DNA of 64,000 nucleotides from NCBI GenBank assembly GCA_002633005.1, contig NMRA01000162.1, positions 186,602 through 250,601 of the forward strand, written 5' to 3'. How positions within the stretch are numbered: the first letter of the stretch is position 1; every line of letters begins with the position of its first letter. The notes beneath the pieces were generated by a model. It was not told the DNA's origin. It did no database searches and saw only the letters and a list, made by a program, of their open reading frames with translations. This document shows, piece after piece, positions 13,501 to 25,374 of this stretch. The DNA is from Phoronis australis (Eukaryota; Animalia; Phoronida). A program made the translations under genes and the position numbers.

Positions 13501-15768
13501 TGTATTTTCCCCAACTTCATTGCTGACTCAGAAATTGTTGATTTGGTCTCAGTCGTTTGTTTTGATCAACTGTTGCACATTGCTATTGTATGAGAATCTG
13601 AGTGCAATGCATAATGTGATTTGGACAAATTATTAAGTTATAAACCAGTATTTAGTAGTCAGTAAATCGCAATATTGATTGTTTCAATGGTAACATCTTT
13701 TTAAATTTTGTTTCGCCATTTTTTTTGAAACGCTAACCTTGGTTGTTGGTTTATGATTAGTTGTTTCCACAGTTGTGGTTATTATCTATGTGGATTACTT
13801 TTTGCTTATGTTTTGTTGAGATACTGTGAATGAAATTATATCAATTACTTAAAAGTATACCAGACCCTGTTTTGGCCTATTAACAAATACTAAAAATGAC
13901 TTTTCCCATCCAGTTCTCAGCCGCAAAATGATGCTCTGTTACTCTCGACAACCTCAAAAGCTTGGAGGAAAATTCGAAACTCCTTTCAAAATCTTCTAAA
14001 CGGGCAAGCGTAATCTACGCTTTTAGCGAATTACATGGCAACTGCGGGAAAAGTCCACACACCAAGGACCGTAATGTCCAATCTGTGACATAGGCAGTAC
14101 AAGTTTTTAGTTGGCTCCTTCCTTTAACTTAGAAGATTGAGGCCAACGATGCATTAGCAGGTGACAGAACAAGGATTGGTTGACAAAATCAACACAGGGT
14201 TTAGTATCCCTTTAAGAATTGTAGACTTGTGAACTTTGCCGTCACTGACAATTGATAATGTGGAGGCCTGTGTTTCAGGGTTGCGTGGCCAGTGTGAAAA
14301 TATGGTTACAAGATAAACTCATCATTTTAGGAGTGGTTGCTATAGCGATCGCCCTAGTACAGGTTTGTTGTAGTTTGATTTAATGGTATTGTGCATATGC
14401 TCGACAAATTCCATCGTCAGTTTGTGTTGCCATGCTGTAGTCACGATTAGTGAATAGAACTCACTTGTTTCAACTGCAAAATGCTCGTTTCTGATGTTGC
14501 TCTTATATTTTTCCCAAGTGTGTTTTTACCTCGTTTTTAATCCATTTGCTTTAATTGGGATTTTTAATGCATAGTTATTAATGAGATGGAACATCTAATT
14601 GAATGAATTTAGAGTAACTAAAAATTAGTGGAGTGAATTGACTTGTCCACGTTAGAGCTGTTTTTATAAAATTTGTGTGAGAGGGGAAGGCACCCTTATT
14701 TTTGTTTTATTCCTAACCCACCACCCAGAATTTTTAATTACCGTAATCCATAATTTTCATTCTGTTAGGTAAATAAATTATTTTGTCTTTGCGTATTAAG
14801 TTCTACTAGTCTTGCCAACCAAAACTTAAACATTTAGATGCACGAAAACAGTCAAATGCTGTTTATTTCGTCAGTTATGTGACAGTTTTACGATGTTCCA
14901 ATACTGTAACAATAGATATGTATAGGAGTTAGTATGATGTTTCCAGTAACGATACAGGTTGATCTGGAACTACTGAAACTCAAAAAGTATCATCTTCACA
15001 AAACAGTTCACGGTCCCCTATTCACAAACTGGCAAACATTTCGAAGGTGTTTAAGGTGTTTGAGATAAGAACTCTAGTTGGGCCATTTTGAGCACAATCC
15101 AAGTCAACCTGTTGTGTGGCAACACCTCATGTTCGGGCTTTTACATCCCTGTTCGGTCCCCAGTCCCCAAACACCATCCGGACATAAAATACACTAGTAT
15201 ATTCTTGTGGCTTGTGCTATTGAAATACTCTTCAGTATAGAACAGTCAGAAATAGTTATCTGTTGCGTAATGGATTTTTGCACAGCATGAAAATTTGGTT
15301 TGTGCGTGTCTCCTTTTTGCATGCTTGAGGCGATAATTCACAATTAATGACAAAAATTATTCTGGATATCTTGTTGAGTAATTTCAGTTATGCGAGCAAT
15401 ACTCAGGGAAGCGTGACCACTAATAATTCTTACAATCTCAACCAAATTTGGCAAAAATTCCAAAATTGTTACCTAGCATTCTTGAAAAAGTACTCAATAA
15501 AAAGTTCTCCTGAAGTTAGTACAGTTTGGAGTAGAAGTTTTTGAGCAATTCATGGATCCAAGTAAAGTTCAGTGGTCACGGACCATGATGTGCGAGTATT
15601 TGTGGTTTGGTTTGCAATATGTCTCATGGTAGTGTTTGTATGTGGCCCACTGTCCTGTGCATGTGGTACGCAAACTAAGCAGCGGTATGTGTCTTTTAGA
15701 TCCTTGGTATGGCTGCGGCTATGTCCCTGTTCATGTGTTTGAGAAGAGAGAAGATGGCGATCGCATAA
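7430..15768 (+). CDS. Tetraspanin (TSPAN4/TSPAN9/CD53-like), 7 coding exons, 242 aa
   Basis: Exons 7430-7504, 10003-10194, 10636-10710, 11832-11930, 12754-12888, 14279-14362, 15700-15768; all introns GT-AG, phase 0. Product has 4 TM helices, CVKY..F.VN.IFW, GFFGCCGA, and a large loop with WDYVQREFKCCG, PDSCC and GC (6 Cys). Confidence 0.95.
10003..10194 (+). CDS. Tetraspanin exon (TM1-TM2, GFFGCCGAIVENQCLL)
   Basis: Acceptor tttctag, donor gtaagt; 64 codons; canonical tetraspanin signature. Confidence 0.96.
10636..10710 (+). CDS. Tetraspanin exon (TM3, YFILVLVVFILEITAGILAFVFKDE)
   Basis: Acceptor tgtag, donor gtgagt; 25 codons; conserved polar Glu in TM3. Confidence 0.95.
11832..11930 (+). 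CDS. Tetraspanin exon (large loop helices, ...ADAWDYVQRE)
   Basis: Acceptor cgtag, donor gtatta; 33 codons; WDxxQ motif. Confidence 0.92.
12156..12566. mobile_element. TTAA-flanked non-autonomous DNA element
   Basis: ttaa|agcctaccttcaacg ... cgttgaagataggct|ttaa. Confidence 0.7.
12571..12693. mobile_element. Short TTAA-flanked element (Kolobok-like)
   Basis: ttaa|ggtatacacgaa ... ttcatgtatgcc|ttaa. Confidence 0.55.
12754..12888 (+). CDS. Tetraspanin exon (FKCCGVNNYTDW...PDSCC)
   Basis: Acceptor cacag, donor gtaagg; 45 codons; CCG and PxSCC motifs. Confidence 0.96.
13036..13126. repeat. Palindromic MITE family A copy
   Basis: attttgagaaccag / ctggttctcaaaat stem. Confidence 0.75.
13159..13296. 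mobile_element. Hairpin MITE
   Basis: ~42-bp arms ataatagaatcaaaaaacggacaattgctgca / tgcagcgattgtccgtttttttactctattat. Confidence 0.7.
13421..13474. repeat. 12-bp tandem repeat (AATGATTGGTCC) x4.5
   Basis: Perfect copies, directly visible. Confidence 0.95.
13853..14211. mobile_element. TTAA-flanked Kolobok-like non-autonomous element
   Basis: Degenerate TIR aagtataccagaccctgt / acagggtttagtatccct between TTAA sites. Confidence 0.55.
14279..14362 (+). CDS. Tetraspanin exon (GCVASVKIWLQDKL..TM4)
   Basis: Acceptor tttcag, donor gtttgt; 28 codons; GC motif preceding TM4. Confidence 0.94.
15700..15768 (+). CDS. Tetraspanin last coding exon (ILGMAAAMSLFMCLRREKMAIA*)
   Basis: Acceptor ttttag; typical Q|ILGM end of TM4; TAA at 15766-15768. 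Confidence 0.93.
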   Translation: MLGMAAAMSLFMCLRREKMAIA

Positions 15769-16579
15769 AGATGGCTACCAACTTTCACGCTACCACAGCA
15801 AGAAAGTTAGTAGTGCCACAAAGTACAACAAACTGAGTTACGCACTTAGATCTGTGGATTATGTACCAGTACTTGTTTTTAAACTGCCTTTATAAACAGT
15901 ATTACGCTATAAGAATACGTGATTTCTTGAGACAGTTGAGAGATTGTAAGCACCTCCAATCTGCTCAAGACGACACCTGTTGGGAAAAAATTACTACTGT
16001 GCCATGTTATTGTAAAACACTTTATTGCTGTATGTGAGGGACACATCGTTGTGCTGCAATGTTGTGTTCAAAGGTACTGTAAGTTGTATGTGGCTGGGGT
16101 TGATAAAAAGAAAGCTGATAAGTGTTTGCTATGAAATAGCTGCTGACAGATGAGTCTTCGGGATCCAATGGCCGAGTCTGCTTAAAATTGATGTTTAAAT
16201 TGGGAACCATGTTTGTGTGAGATGATGACATTTTCTGTAATTATGTTGCTGTGTGACCATGTCCTTGCAGTATTTGTTGAGTGGGGAATTGTGTGTTGGT
16301 ATGACTTTAAAAATCTTCATTTTTAAGAGAACCTATTCTTATGGATTTGTATGTCGACTTCACACACACATAAATGCTATAAAGTGAGAAAATGAATGAG
16401 TTTATTTATCATGACTCAGCAGGTTGTTTTACTAAATGTGAATCAGTTTATGAATACTTTTAAAGAGTACATTCAAACTACAATGCACTCCGTATCATTT
16501 AGTTTCAAACAGTGTTACTTATTCTACCAACTGTGTTTTGGAATGAATCAAAAGCTAAAAATATTCCTCCCAATGCATC

Positions 16580-16680
16580 GCATTGTGGGGGTTCCAGAGG
16601 ATGTCTGCCAATAGTTGGCATTGTGGGTATTTCAGAAGATTGTCTGCCAATAGATGGCATTTGGGGGTTCCAGAGGATTT
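16580..16680. repeat. ~38-bp degenerate tandem repeat x2.6
   Basis: gcattgtggg..tt.caga.gat.gtctgccaatag.tg units. Confidence 0.8.
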
Positions 16681-17342
16681 TCTGCTTTCTGGTGTCATAT
16701 GAGTTCCCCTCCCCCCATGAACACTAAATCACTTTAAGTTTGTTGCATTTTGCAATTAAATATTTTGTCTTCTCTTTAGGTGTTGCAGGCTATGATTACA
16801 ACATACTTCCTCACAGCAAAATCTGTTGCTGAAAATAAAGTGCACAATCCATAATTAATCTTCTAACATTACTTATAGATGTTTATAAATCGGTAAATAA
16901 AAAAACAAGAATGGATCAACTGAAATTTGAAATTTTCGGAGGTAACAACTTCCTTTATCAACAAAAACAGAAATAAAGTAAAATCAAACACGAAATGACA
17001 ATTGACACATAAGATATGGTGTAATGAAAATGATACATTTTTGCGTAAAAAATTCAATGACATATTTTAAGTTTTTATGTTCAATCCATGAGGTTCTATT
17101 GTATTCAGTTTGTCTATCCAATATTGTTCTCTTTTAAGTCTGTGAGGGGTACTGGGGTGTTGGAGTTTTTCTATTATTTGTACAGAAAGATCTTGAATAT
17201 TATGGTTTTTGGAATTGAAATGATTACCTACAGTATCAGAAATGTTTTTATGTATTATGTTAAATCTATGATTACGAAACCGAGTTTGTAGATTATGTTG
17301 AGTTTGTCCTACGTATTGGATAGAACATTTTTTACAAGTTAT

Positions 17343-17602
17343 NNNNNNNNNNNNNNNNNNNNNNNNNNNNNNNNNNNNNNNNNNNNNNNNNNNNNNNNNN
17401 NNNNNNNNNNNNNNNNNNNNNNNNNNNNNNNNNNNNNNNNNNNNNNNNNNNNNNNNNNNNNNNNNNNNNNNNNNNNNNNNNNNNNNNNNNNNNNNNNNNN
17501 NNNNNNNNNNNNNNNNNNNNNNNNNNNNNNNNNNNNNNNNNNNNNNNNNNNNNNNNNNNNNNNNNNNNNNNNNNNNNNNNNNNNNNNNNNNNNNNNNNNN
17601 NN
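17343..17602. other. Assembly gap (260 N)
   Basis: Run of N. Confidence 1.
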
Positions 17603-17839
17603 TTTATTTCTGTTTTTGTTGATAAAGGAAGTTGTTACCTCCGAAAATTTCAAATTTCAGTTGATCCATTCTTGTTTTTTTATTTACCGATTTATATTCT
17701 TCATTTCACGAAACAATAGTATCCTTGGGAGGATCTGGATCGCCTTATTTAGTTTCAGATATATTTTCTACGTTATAGATGTTTATAAGGCCATGGTTAT
17801 ATTATCATTGTATATACTATATTATTGTGATGATAAGTG

Positions 17840-17970
17840 TTATTGCTACTTCTACTTCAACTATTACTGCTGCTGCTGCTACTACTACTATTAGTACTAC
17901 TATTAGTACTACTACTAAGTACTACTATTACTACTGCTACTGCTACTGCTATTACCATTACTATAAGTAC
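17840..17970. repeat. Compound (TAC/TGC/TAT)n microsatellite
   Basis: Directly visible trinucleotide runs. Confidence 0.9.
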
Positions 17971-18273
17971 TCTTACGTAGAACTTAATGCATCTTAGTAT
18001 CACAACTGTTTCAAGTGGTGCTTCAGTGTCTTTTGTACTTATAATATTTTTGTATATGGTATTTTTGAAAGAAAAAAGGAGAACTTCTTCAACATTGTTC
18101 ATTGAAAAGTTGTGTATACAGGGTAAAGGAGGTTCTTAAATTCATTTCACGATTAGACAGTTGTGTATTTATCTACAATATTGAGTATTCTCAAACATTT
18201 TTTAATGTTTGGTCAGCACGCCATCTGTTGGCCACACCACGTGACCTATTGAAATTAAGTCTGAAAAGGTTTT

Positions 18274-18348
18274 TGCCTCAACAAGGACTTGAACCCTGGA
18301 CCTTCTGCTAACCGTGGAGATGCTCTAGTTCATTGAGCCATCGGGACC
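18274..18348 (-). mobile_element. tRNA-derived SINE head or tRNA pseudogene
   Basis: Minus strand GGTCCCGA-TGGCTCAATG (A box)...GGTTCAAGTCC (B box) at tRNA spacing; acceptor stem pairs poorly. Confidence 0.65.
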
Positions 18349-21300
18349 ACCTGTGGAATACAAACGTCCAATCAGATTTAGTAATGGACATTTCCCTTTG
18401 AACTCCTGAGTGTATGATAAATAATAATGTAAATCTTAAACCAGAGTGGAAATGTAGTTTGCAAACGTTTTTAAGTCTGGTCAGTACACCACCTGTTGCC
18501 CACATCATATTTACATATTTATATAAGTATTGAGTAATGTACTAGGAAACTTCAGTTAGCATAAATACCTGGCTTGCCTTCTTGGCTAATGCACACATTC
18601 ATGGTTTGAATTTGTCATAATTCTGATTTTACATAATGTAACTTTTAGGTATGAAAATACTTTTTCCAGTGTTGGACTGTATATGACTTGAGTCTATGTA
18701 GCGTGTGTAAGTCAAATATTTAGCAAACTATATAGTTCAACTCTTAAATAAGAGTCATATATTTTTTTCTTAAAGGAGAAAGCCTGTAGACTTTGATTTT
18801 TGATTTGACTAATCATGAATTGATTCATGTGACAATGTATTTTAGTGAAAAATTTCAATAGTTAAATTGATTAAAAGTGGCTCCAATAATGTGGCCAAAT
18901 TTAATTTGACATAGATGATCAAAAACTCTGGTGTAGTTTTCTGAAATATAACTTAGTTTTTGTTCCATGGTACTTGATTTTTTTCACAAAAAGCATGGAA
19001 GTCCCATTTTTGATAGCCCTGGTGCAAAAGTGGATTATTTTAAAAGCAATTCTTAGGATCATTATGGAAAACAGTATATGAAGAATTACAGTGGAAGTTT
19101 GGTGTGCTGGAATCCATCAGACATTTCTGAGATGTTATATTATGAAATTACCCCAAGCTGGAAAATTTTGTATGGTCCGTCATTACCTTAAAGTTTTCTG
19201 TTCAGATAATATACATGGACTGTTTTGCACTACTTATACAAATAAACGTTTTACTTTAGCGAATTTCATTACTTGTGTTTCATGGTTTGTCCCTCTGGTG
19301 CCAGCCTTGTTGTTTCAGCTCAGGCCCCTCTGCAGTTTGGTTCTGACTGGATGCTAATTTTCCTAACAGCCAAGTGAAATTGAAGGGATAAGTGTGTTTT
19401 ACTCCATGAATGTCACAAATTTGAAGGTGTTGAACCTTAATTTTGAATTGGTGATAGTTACTTAAAGGGGTCTTGGATTTTGAAAACCACTGTTTGCCGT
19501 TAGTTCAGTGGAGGAAAATGTTTCTCAAAACGTGGGACCTTTCCGGAAGTCATTATTACCTTTGAAGTAAGTGGTTTTCGGTTTATTCGAGTGTGGGATA
19601 CCATTTGGGATTTGTTCCTGTAAATTTGGTTGAGCTGGAAAACTTCTTGTTTGTGAATTGGCAACAACTTGATTTCTATGGTCTCGGGGCAAGACGTTTT
19701 ACAGTAACCGTCGTACTGTCTCGATTCTGCCGCAAAATCGAATGTAATCCAACCGTTGACTAAAACTCCTGTTACGTAGACTGGCAGCTGTGATACTCAA
19801 ACTCATCCGCGCAAGTGACTACAATTGACACTGCACTGCCGCGATACTTGTGCTGGCACAGTACTTTAATGTGACTTCCAAGTCTAATGCAGACGGAACT
19901 TCATGACAGCCTTTGGAAATGAGATATACATGTAAAAGAGGAAACAGTATGCAACGAAATTATTTTAGGCATAACTGCTTTTGGGAATGGACAACGTAGA
20001 ATGTCGACAAAAATAAAATTGAATTTTAATGGCTTAGTTCCGCCTTTTTAGTGAGACCATCCAACTATTGAGCGTTTGCACTTGGGCACCATCGGAATAT
20101 CGCACTTTCATACTCTAGTGAGCTGTTCCCTATCAGCCTTATCTTCGTTTTGACTATGAACTTTCCTGGATGGATAAAGACTTACAAGACGTTGTGTTTT
20201 TCCTTTTCTTCATGGGCGCTTTGAGAACCATGAAAACGAAGGCAAACCAGCCAAATTCACGTTCGTTGATTTTTCAAAATACCGAGGGAGAGAAACTAAT
20301 GCAAATTTGTCACTGTGGTTTGCACTCTAAAATATCACACGTGCACTTCATACCAGACAAATCGCCACCCTTACAAACCAACTCTTGTTAGTTCAATATG
20401 AAACCGACCCTGTCGCAACAAATTGGTCAGACTGAGTACGAAAACAGGCCAATAGGAAAACGCCTAGGGAAACCGATTATGAAGCCAGTCAGCCGTATTT
20501 TCGGAAAGGAAGCGGGCATATTTTCCGAAACAATCAAACATTTTATGTGTTTTTTAAAACATAGTGAATTTTTAAAGAAACACGTTCTTTTTAATGTATG
20601 TAATTGTATCTCACTGGTAAGAATTTTATTTTTCCATACTTATTTCTCATTAGGCAAACACAGTTTGTTAGAATTGTCCTTCATAATCTTAGTTACCAGC
20701 AAAATCAACAAATATCTCGATAAATGATAGTCATTTGAGGGAAATCGCGAGACCCAAAATATAATGTCTCGCCAAAATAAATCTTTACACTTAACGTTTT
20801 TTATCATAAAATACGCTGTACATCCTTGTATGTTTCGAAACTACGATCTCTGCTGTGCACACATATTGAATGTAAATTGCACGAGGACAAGCAAAATAAA
20901 TGAAAGTGCAGCTGAAAAGTTTATTTTAAGTGTGCTTAAGCTGAAAGTACGCTGAGTACTCTGTAACGGATATACTTTTAGTGTAATGAGACACTTCTCT
21001 TTTGCGGCCTATCTAGACTGAAAACAGGTTACACGCCCATCTATGCATGTCCAGATCAAAACTGACCAGTACAAGTAGGCAGATTGTTCGAGATTTCGAT
21101 TCAATAAAAAGACTGCCAAAATTGTTCATTGTTAGAGGCATGCCGACGCAATCTCGTCGTTATATAGCGTAGTAGCCAGCACACTAACTCGGGGCAGCTG
21201 GATCTAGGCTACATCCGATCGCGTCAAAATTCCGAAATTTCGATTAAAACATATTCATTAAAGACCCGGATTTAACAATCGTGTTTACTTATTGTCCACA

Positions 21301-23149
21301 CAGCATGAGCCGAGAATATTCTGTTCAAATCATCGATAATAGCGAGGCCAGATTAATTCCCAAAGTCCCTAATATTTGCCTCATTGCTATTTCGCATTAT
21401 TACATTATTTCATCCTAACAGAAGATGGAATCTAAACTCCTTGCGATGAAACAAACTACACGTAATTGCCCGACCGAGGCAAAGAAAACGTTGAAGTCAG
21501 ATCATTAGAGTTAATAAGTTGTTTCAGGTCATCCATCTTTGGGTTGTATTAGTGCCGGGGTAGGAATTAACCTTTCATTAACAAAGCAGTTTAAAAAATA
21601 AAACGTCTTACAAAAAATGTTTAACATACCTAATCAAAATTGATGGCATTGTCCAAGATCTCGATGGTATTTGGTGAACCCTTTTCTACTGTGGTACGGA
21701 AAAGCGTTTGATACTGCGTTCACACGTTGTCCGATAAGCAGGCAGGTCGCGTGTTTGATTCGTTTTCTGCCAACACTTGAAAAATCACATGTGAACGCCT
21801 GTCTAACGTCTGACCTGACCAGGCGCCAGATTGGTCTTGTTGTCCTGAGAACCTTACCGTTGAACGTCCCAAGATATAGTTGATTGTAGTTTCATAAACT
21901 GCATACTAATTTTAAACCACCCACTCGAAATAAATTGACATGTACAAACCGGCCACCCAGTTTCTCAAAGACCGTTCTCATTAAATGCGTTGGCAATTGC
22001 ATGGCCCTTCTGCATGTGTCAACCCCAACCCCAACTTTCAATTAGCGTCGGCTATGATCTAAAAAACTCACATTTTAACAGCTGCACAGCTCTAAATAAT
22101 GACTAAAAACAGGTAATACATTAAAAAATAATATCAACTCTAAAACAGACCTACAATTTGTCTAGGTGGGACACCGGGGCCAGGGTTACGTGACTATTTT
22201 TACACCGGTAGTTAACGAGGATACACAGGGGCCTACCCATTTAGAGAGTGGACTCAAAAAGTACCCATTTGTAAAAAAACTTCCCTGAAAGGGTTCCGTT
22301 TTGGTGGCATTTTTGTTTTAGAAGCACAACCCCTTGCCAGGGTTTAATGAAGGTAACTATTCCTTCCGGCTTAGGGTTTTTGACAGTGTATTTTTAATCC
22401 ATTTAAATATAAGCAGTAACACCAATGAAAATGGTTAAAAGAGTAGATCTTTTACAACAAATGTTTTAAAAATAGAGATAATATTTTGAGTGGAACCAAT
22501 ATGTGATATTTTGTAAGGAAAAGGAATCATGTTGAAGTTTGTACTCCTAAATTAAACACTTTGTAAAGCACTCATCATTTTGTGGGGAATTATATTTCTG
22601 GCCCTAGTGCTCACATAGGTGAGTGTTACACGAAAATTAAAAAGTGTAAATCGTTAATGTATTTATTAACCTCGATAGTCGATCTTACAATTGTTTGCGG
22701 TAACGGAAACGGAATCCTATCGCAGTATGATATTGGACTGAATGGACCTAGGCCTATTATGAGATCGATTTTATGAGATTAAAGGGCTTGGCACGAAAAT
22801 CGAATTACGCGAATTCGATCGTACTGTAACTTTAAATGTCAAAGCTGATGTTTCAAATTACACGTGGGTGAAAGTCTGACTTCGTAGTCCTCATGTTTTC
22901 ACCTTCTTTGCAATCACTTTGTAATAAAGTGGCGACATAAAGCCAACCCTATTTTTAAGCTACGTTTCAAACGAGTAAGAGATACTCGAGTCATTCATGA
23001 GGCATATCTGTGCCCATGAAAGTGTTAGACTCATTGGGCTGTAACAAATGACGTAAGGCATAGCTTGAGGTCCGATTTCGCGCGCATATACAGGTGTAGG
23101 AAACTCGAGCACTGTGTATTCTGCTGAGTAGGTACCTCACACAGGCGGG

Positions 23150-23368
23150 TTTAGGGNGTCACGAGGGGGGGGGAGGGGCTCGGTCGGAATCGTGTTTCCG
23201 TTATTTTTTAGTCCACCGATAGATTTCCTAAACAAAAGGTCCACATCCCCGGTCCCCGCCCCCCACAACTTTCGGGCCGCCTGTGCACATACAACCGCAC
23301 TTTGCCCAATTCCACGTCGAAGCAACATGTTAGGCCCCCCGTTAAGGTAGCCGCTAGGTCCGCCACTG
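23150..23368 (-). mobile_element. CAGTGGCGGA-type (hAT-like) non-autonomous element
   Basis: Reverse complement aligns with 25865-26081 (gaattgggcaaag.gcg.ttgtatgtgca...ccttttgtt..gaaa...ggtggact). Confidence 0.75.
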
Positions 23369-25358
23369 CCTCATCAGTCAGTTGGTATATAGCCAGCCTG
23401 CGCCACTGAGCGATCTAATAACTGACTTTAATTGTATTGTGTATTATTGCATGTAGGCAAATGTCAGAAAAATACATCCCGGGTGGAGTCCAAAATGTTA
23501 TAACAAGTGCACGGCCTTCGGACACCTTTCCAGTGGACTATGATTTAACTACAAACGTCCTGGTGACTTAGCAGGCGAAAGTATAGAACGACAACTTTTT
23601 AAATTTCGAGTACAAAGATTAGACGCTCGGCCTTACTCACTGAGATAGGCCCTAGTAGCCTCACTTAGACTTGCCGTGAAATGTACTACTCCCAAGCATC
23701 TGAAAACCGTGAGTGGCTAGCCCGGCCGCGCTGAAGGAACAATGCGCCTTAACACTCAATTTTATGAGGTCTATGGTAGTCATTTATAGGCCGGGGAAAT
23801 TGTATGCTGACTATATAAGATGACAGCTTAAAAATGCCAAATACGGCCTACTGACAACTAAAGTAGCCTACGTGTCGTGCGCGCTCGATTTGGCTCATAT
23901 ATTTGTGTGTAAGAAATGTCTTGTCAACTTAAATTACGACGTCAACCTAGAGGACAATGCCCACGGTATAGCACTTGCATCATGGCGAATGAAGCCCCCG
24001 GCTACGGATATAGGCTAATCCGCCCGCGCGGCGGGGAAAATGATTTTTTTTAAAAAATTGTGACGATGACTAGTAATACTCTTGCTAGCTCTTATCACAG
24101 GGACGGCACCGAATAGACAAATTGAAAAACATTTTCCAGTTCCCATATTGACATTGTAGGTCATAAGATAGCATAGTGGTCGTCTTAGTTGGTCGATCCG
24201 AAAAAAAATGACTCACCTCGACTGATTTCGTCACAGAATTGATTCACTAGACTCAAATTCACTGTATTAGTTAGTTTCAAATTGTTCGTAAGCGAAATAG
24301 GTCAGATTTCTTGGCTTGAAAAAAAAAAACTGAAACTTGAATCGTGCATAGTCAAGACCAAACTCAAAAGTGGCGACGTGCGTCATGAACTTAGCCGCTC
24401 TTGCCTAATCTCAACGCAGTACCCCGGCCGCCGCGTGAAATTGGATACACGAGAAAAGTTGACAAGTTCACTCACACGAAGTAATCTCTTTCACATTGAT
24501 AAAAATTTGCACTGCACTAAATTACATGTTGATGAAATAACCGTAAATTTTCTACCAAACCTCATAGTGTTCAACTATTGGCGATCTTATTCACCAAAGA
24601 ACTTGATGCGGTGTTAACATGACATATTCCCACGATTCTTTGAAAAAGCTTAGGCAAAGAAATGAGAAAATGGATGATCAGAGGCCAAAAACTCTTTATA
24701 CTGAACAAAAAACTCGCCTGATTACCCAAATGAATATTCAATTCTAAGTTCACGCATGCGGATCTAAAGAATTCCAAGCCGTTCACGGTCGGTGGCGCTG
24801 GGTTAAGCCAATTAAGTGATGGTCTTGACTTAATGACCCAGAGGGCTCAGTATTGCCCCATTGGTTTTAGTCCGGGTAACGATCAAGTTCATCCGTTTTA
24901 TTGTAGTAAGTGGTTGAAATCAAACTGATTTAACTGAACAGTTCTTCACCAGTACCGAACGCAGACGCCACATTTGTGGGCGGCGCCACGTTAGGCTGGG
25001 GGCTTATAGCCCCCACTTTTTCAGTGCTACGCCGCACATGGTCTATAGGCGGTGCAACACAGGGGGGCTGAGGGGGCTTTAGCCCCCACTTTTTTCAGTG
25101 CTGCGCCGCCCATGGACTTCTGCCGTGACAAGTCGGCCCAACACTGATGTGAACCTGTTCCGCTACCGGTGATTGCGTTAAAGTGGGTTTACGCCCTCTG
25201 TCGTTGTAAGATTGAACCATTTCTAATGAAAACAAACATGGCGATTTTGAAATCAGCCATAAGTTGCTAAGAAGTTGTTTGGCTCATTCCAAAGATTTCG
25301 TTGAGTAGCTTACTCTTTTTTTCCAGAACAATGTAGGCTGTCAGCGTTTAGTGTGGAA

Positions 25359-25374
25359 ATGGCAGACGGTGGAG
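25359..25374 (+). CDS. Sec14-spectrin gene, tentative first coding exon (MADGG)
   Basis: gaaATGg context; donor G|gtttgt in phase 1 matches the next exon. Confidence 0.5.

Noticed and set aside
17295-18102. ORFs of 199, 104, 72 and 81 aa
   Set aside because: Artefacts of the N gap and the TAC/TGC microsatellite.
18274-18348. Functional tRNA gene
   Set aside because: Acceptor and anticodon stems pair poorly; better read as a SINE head or pseudogene.
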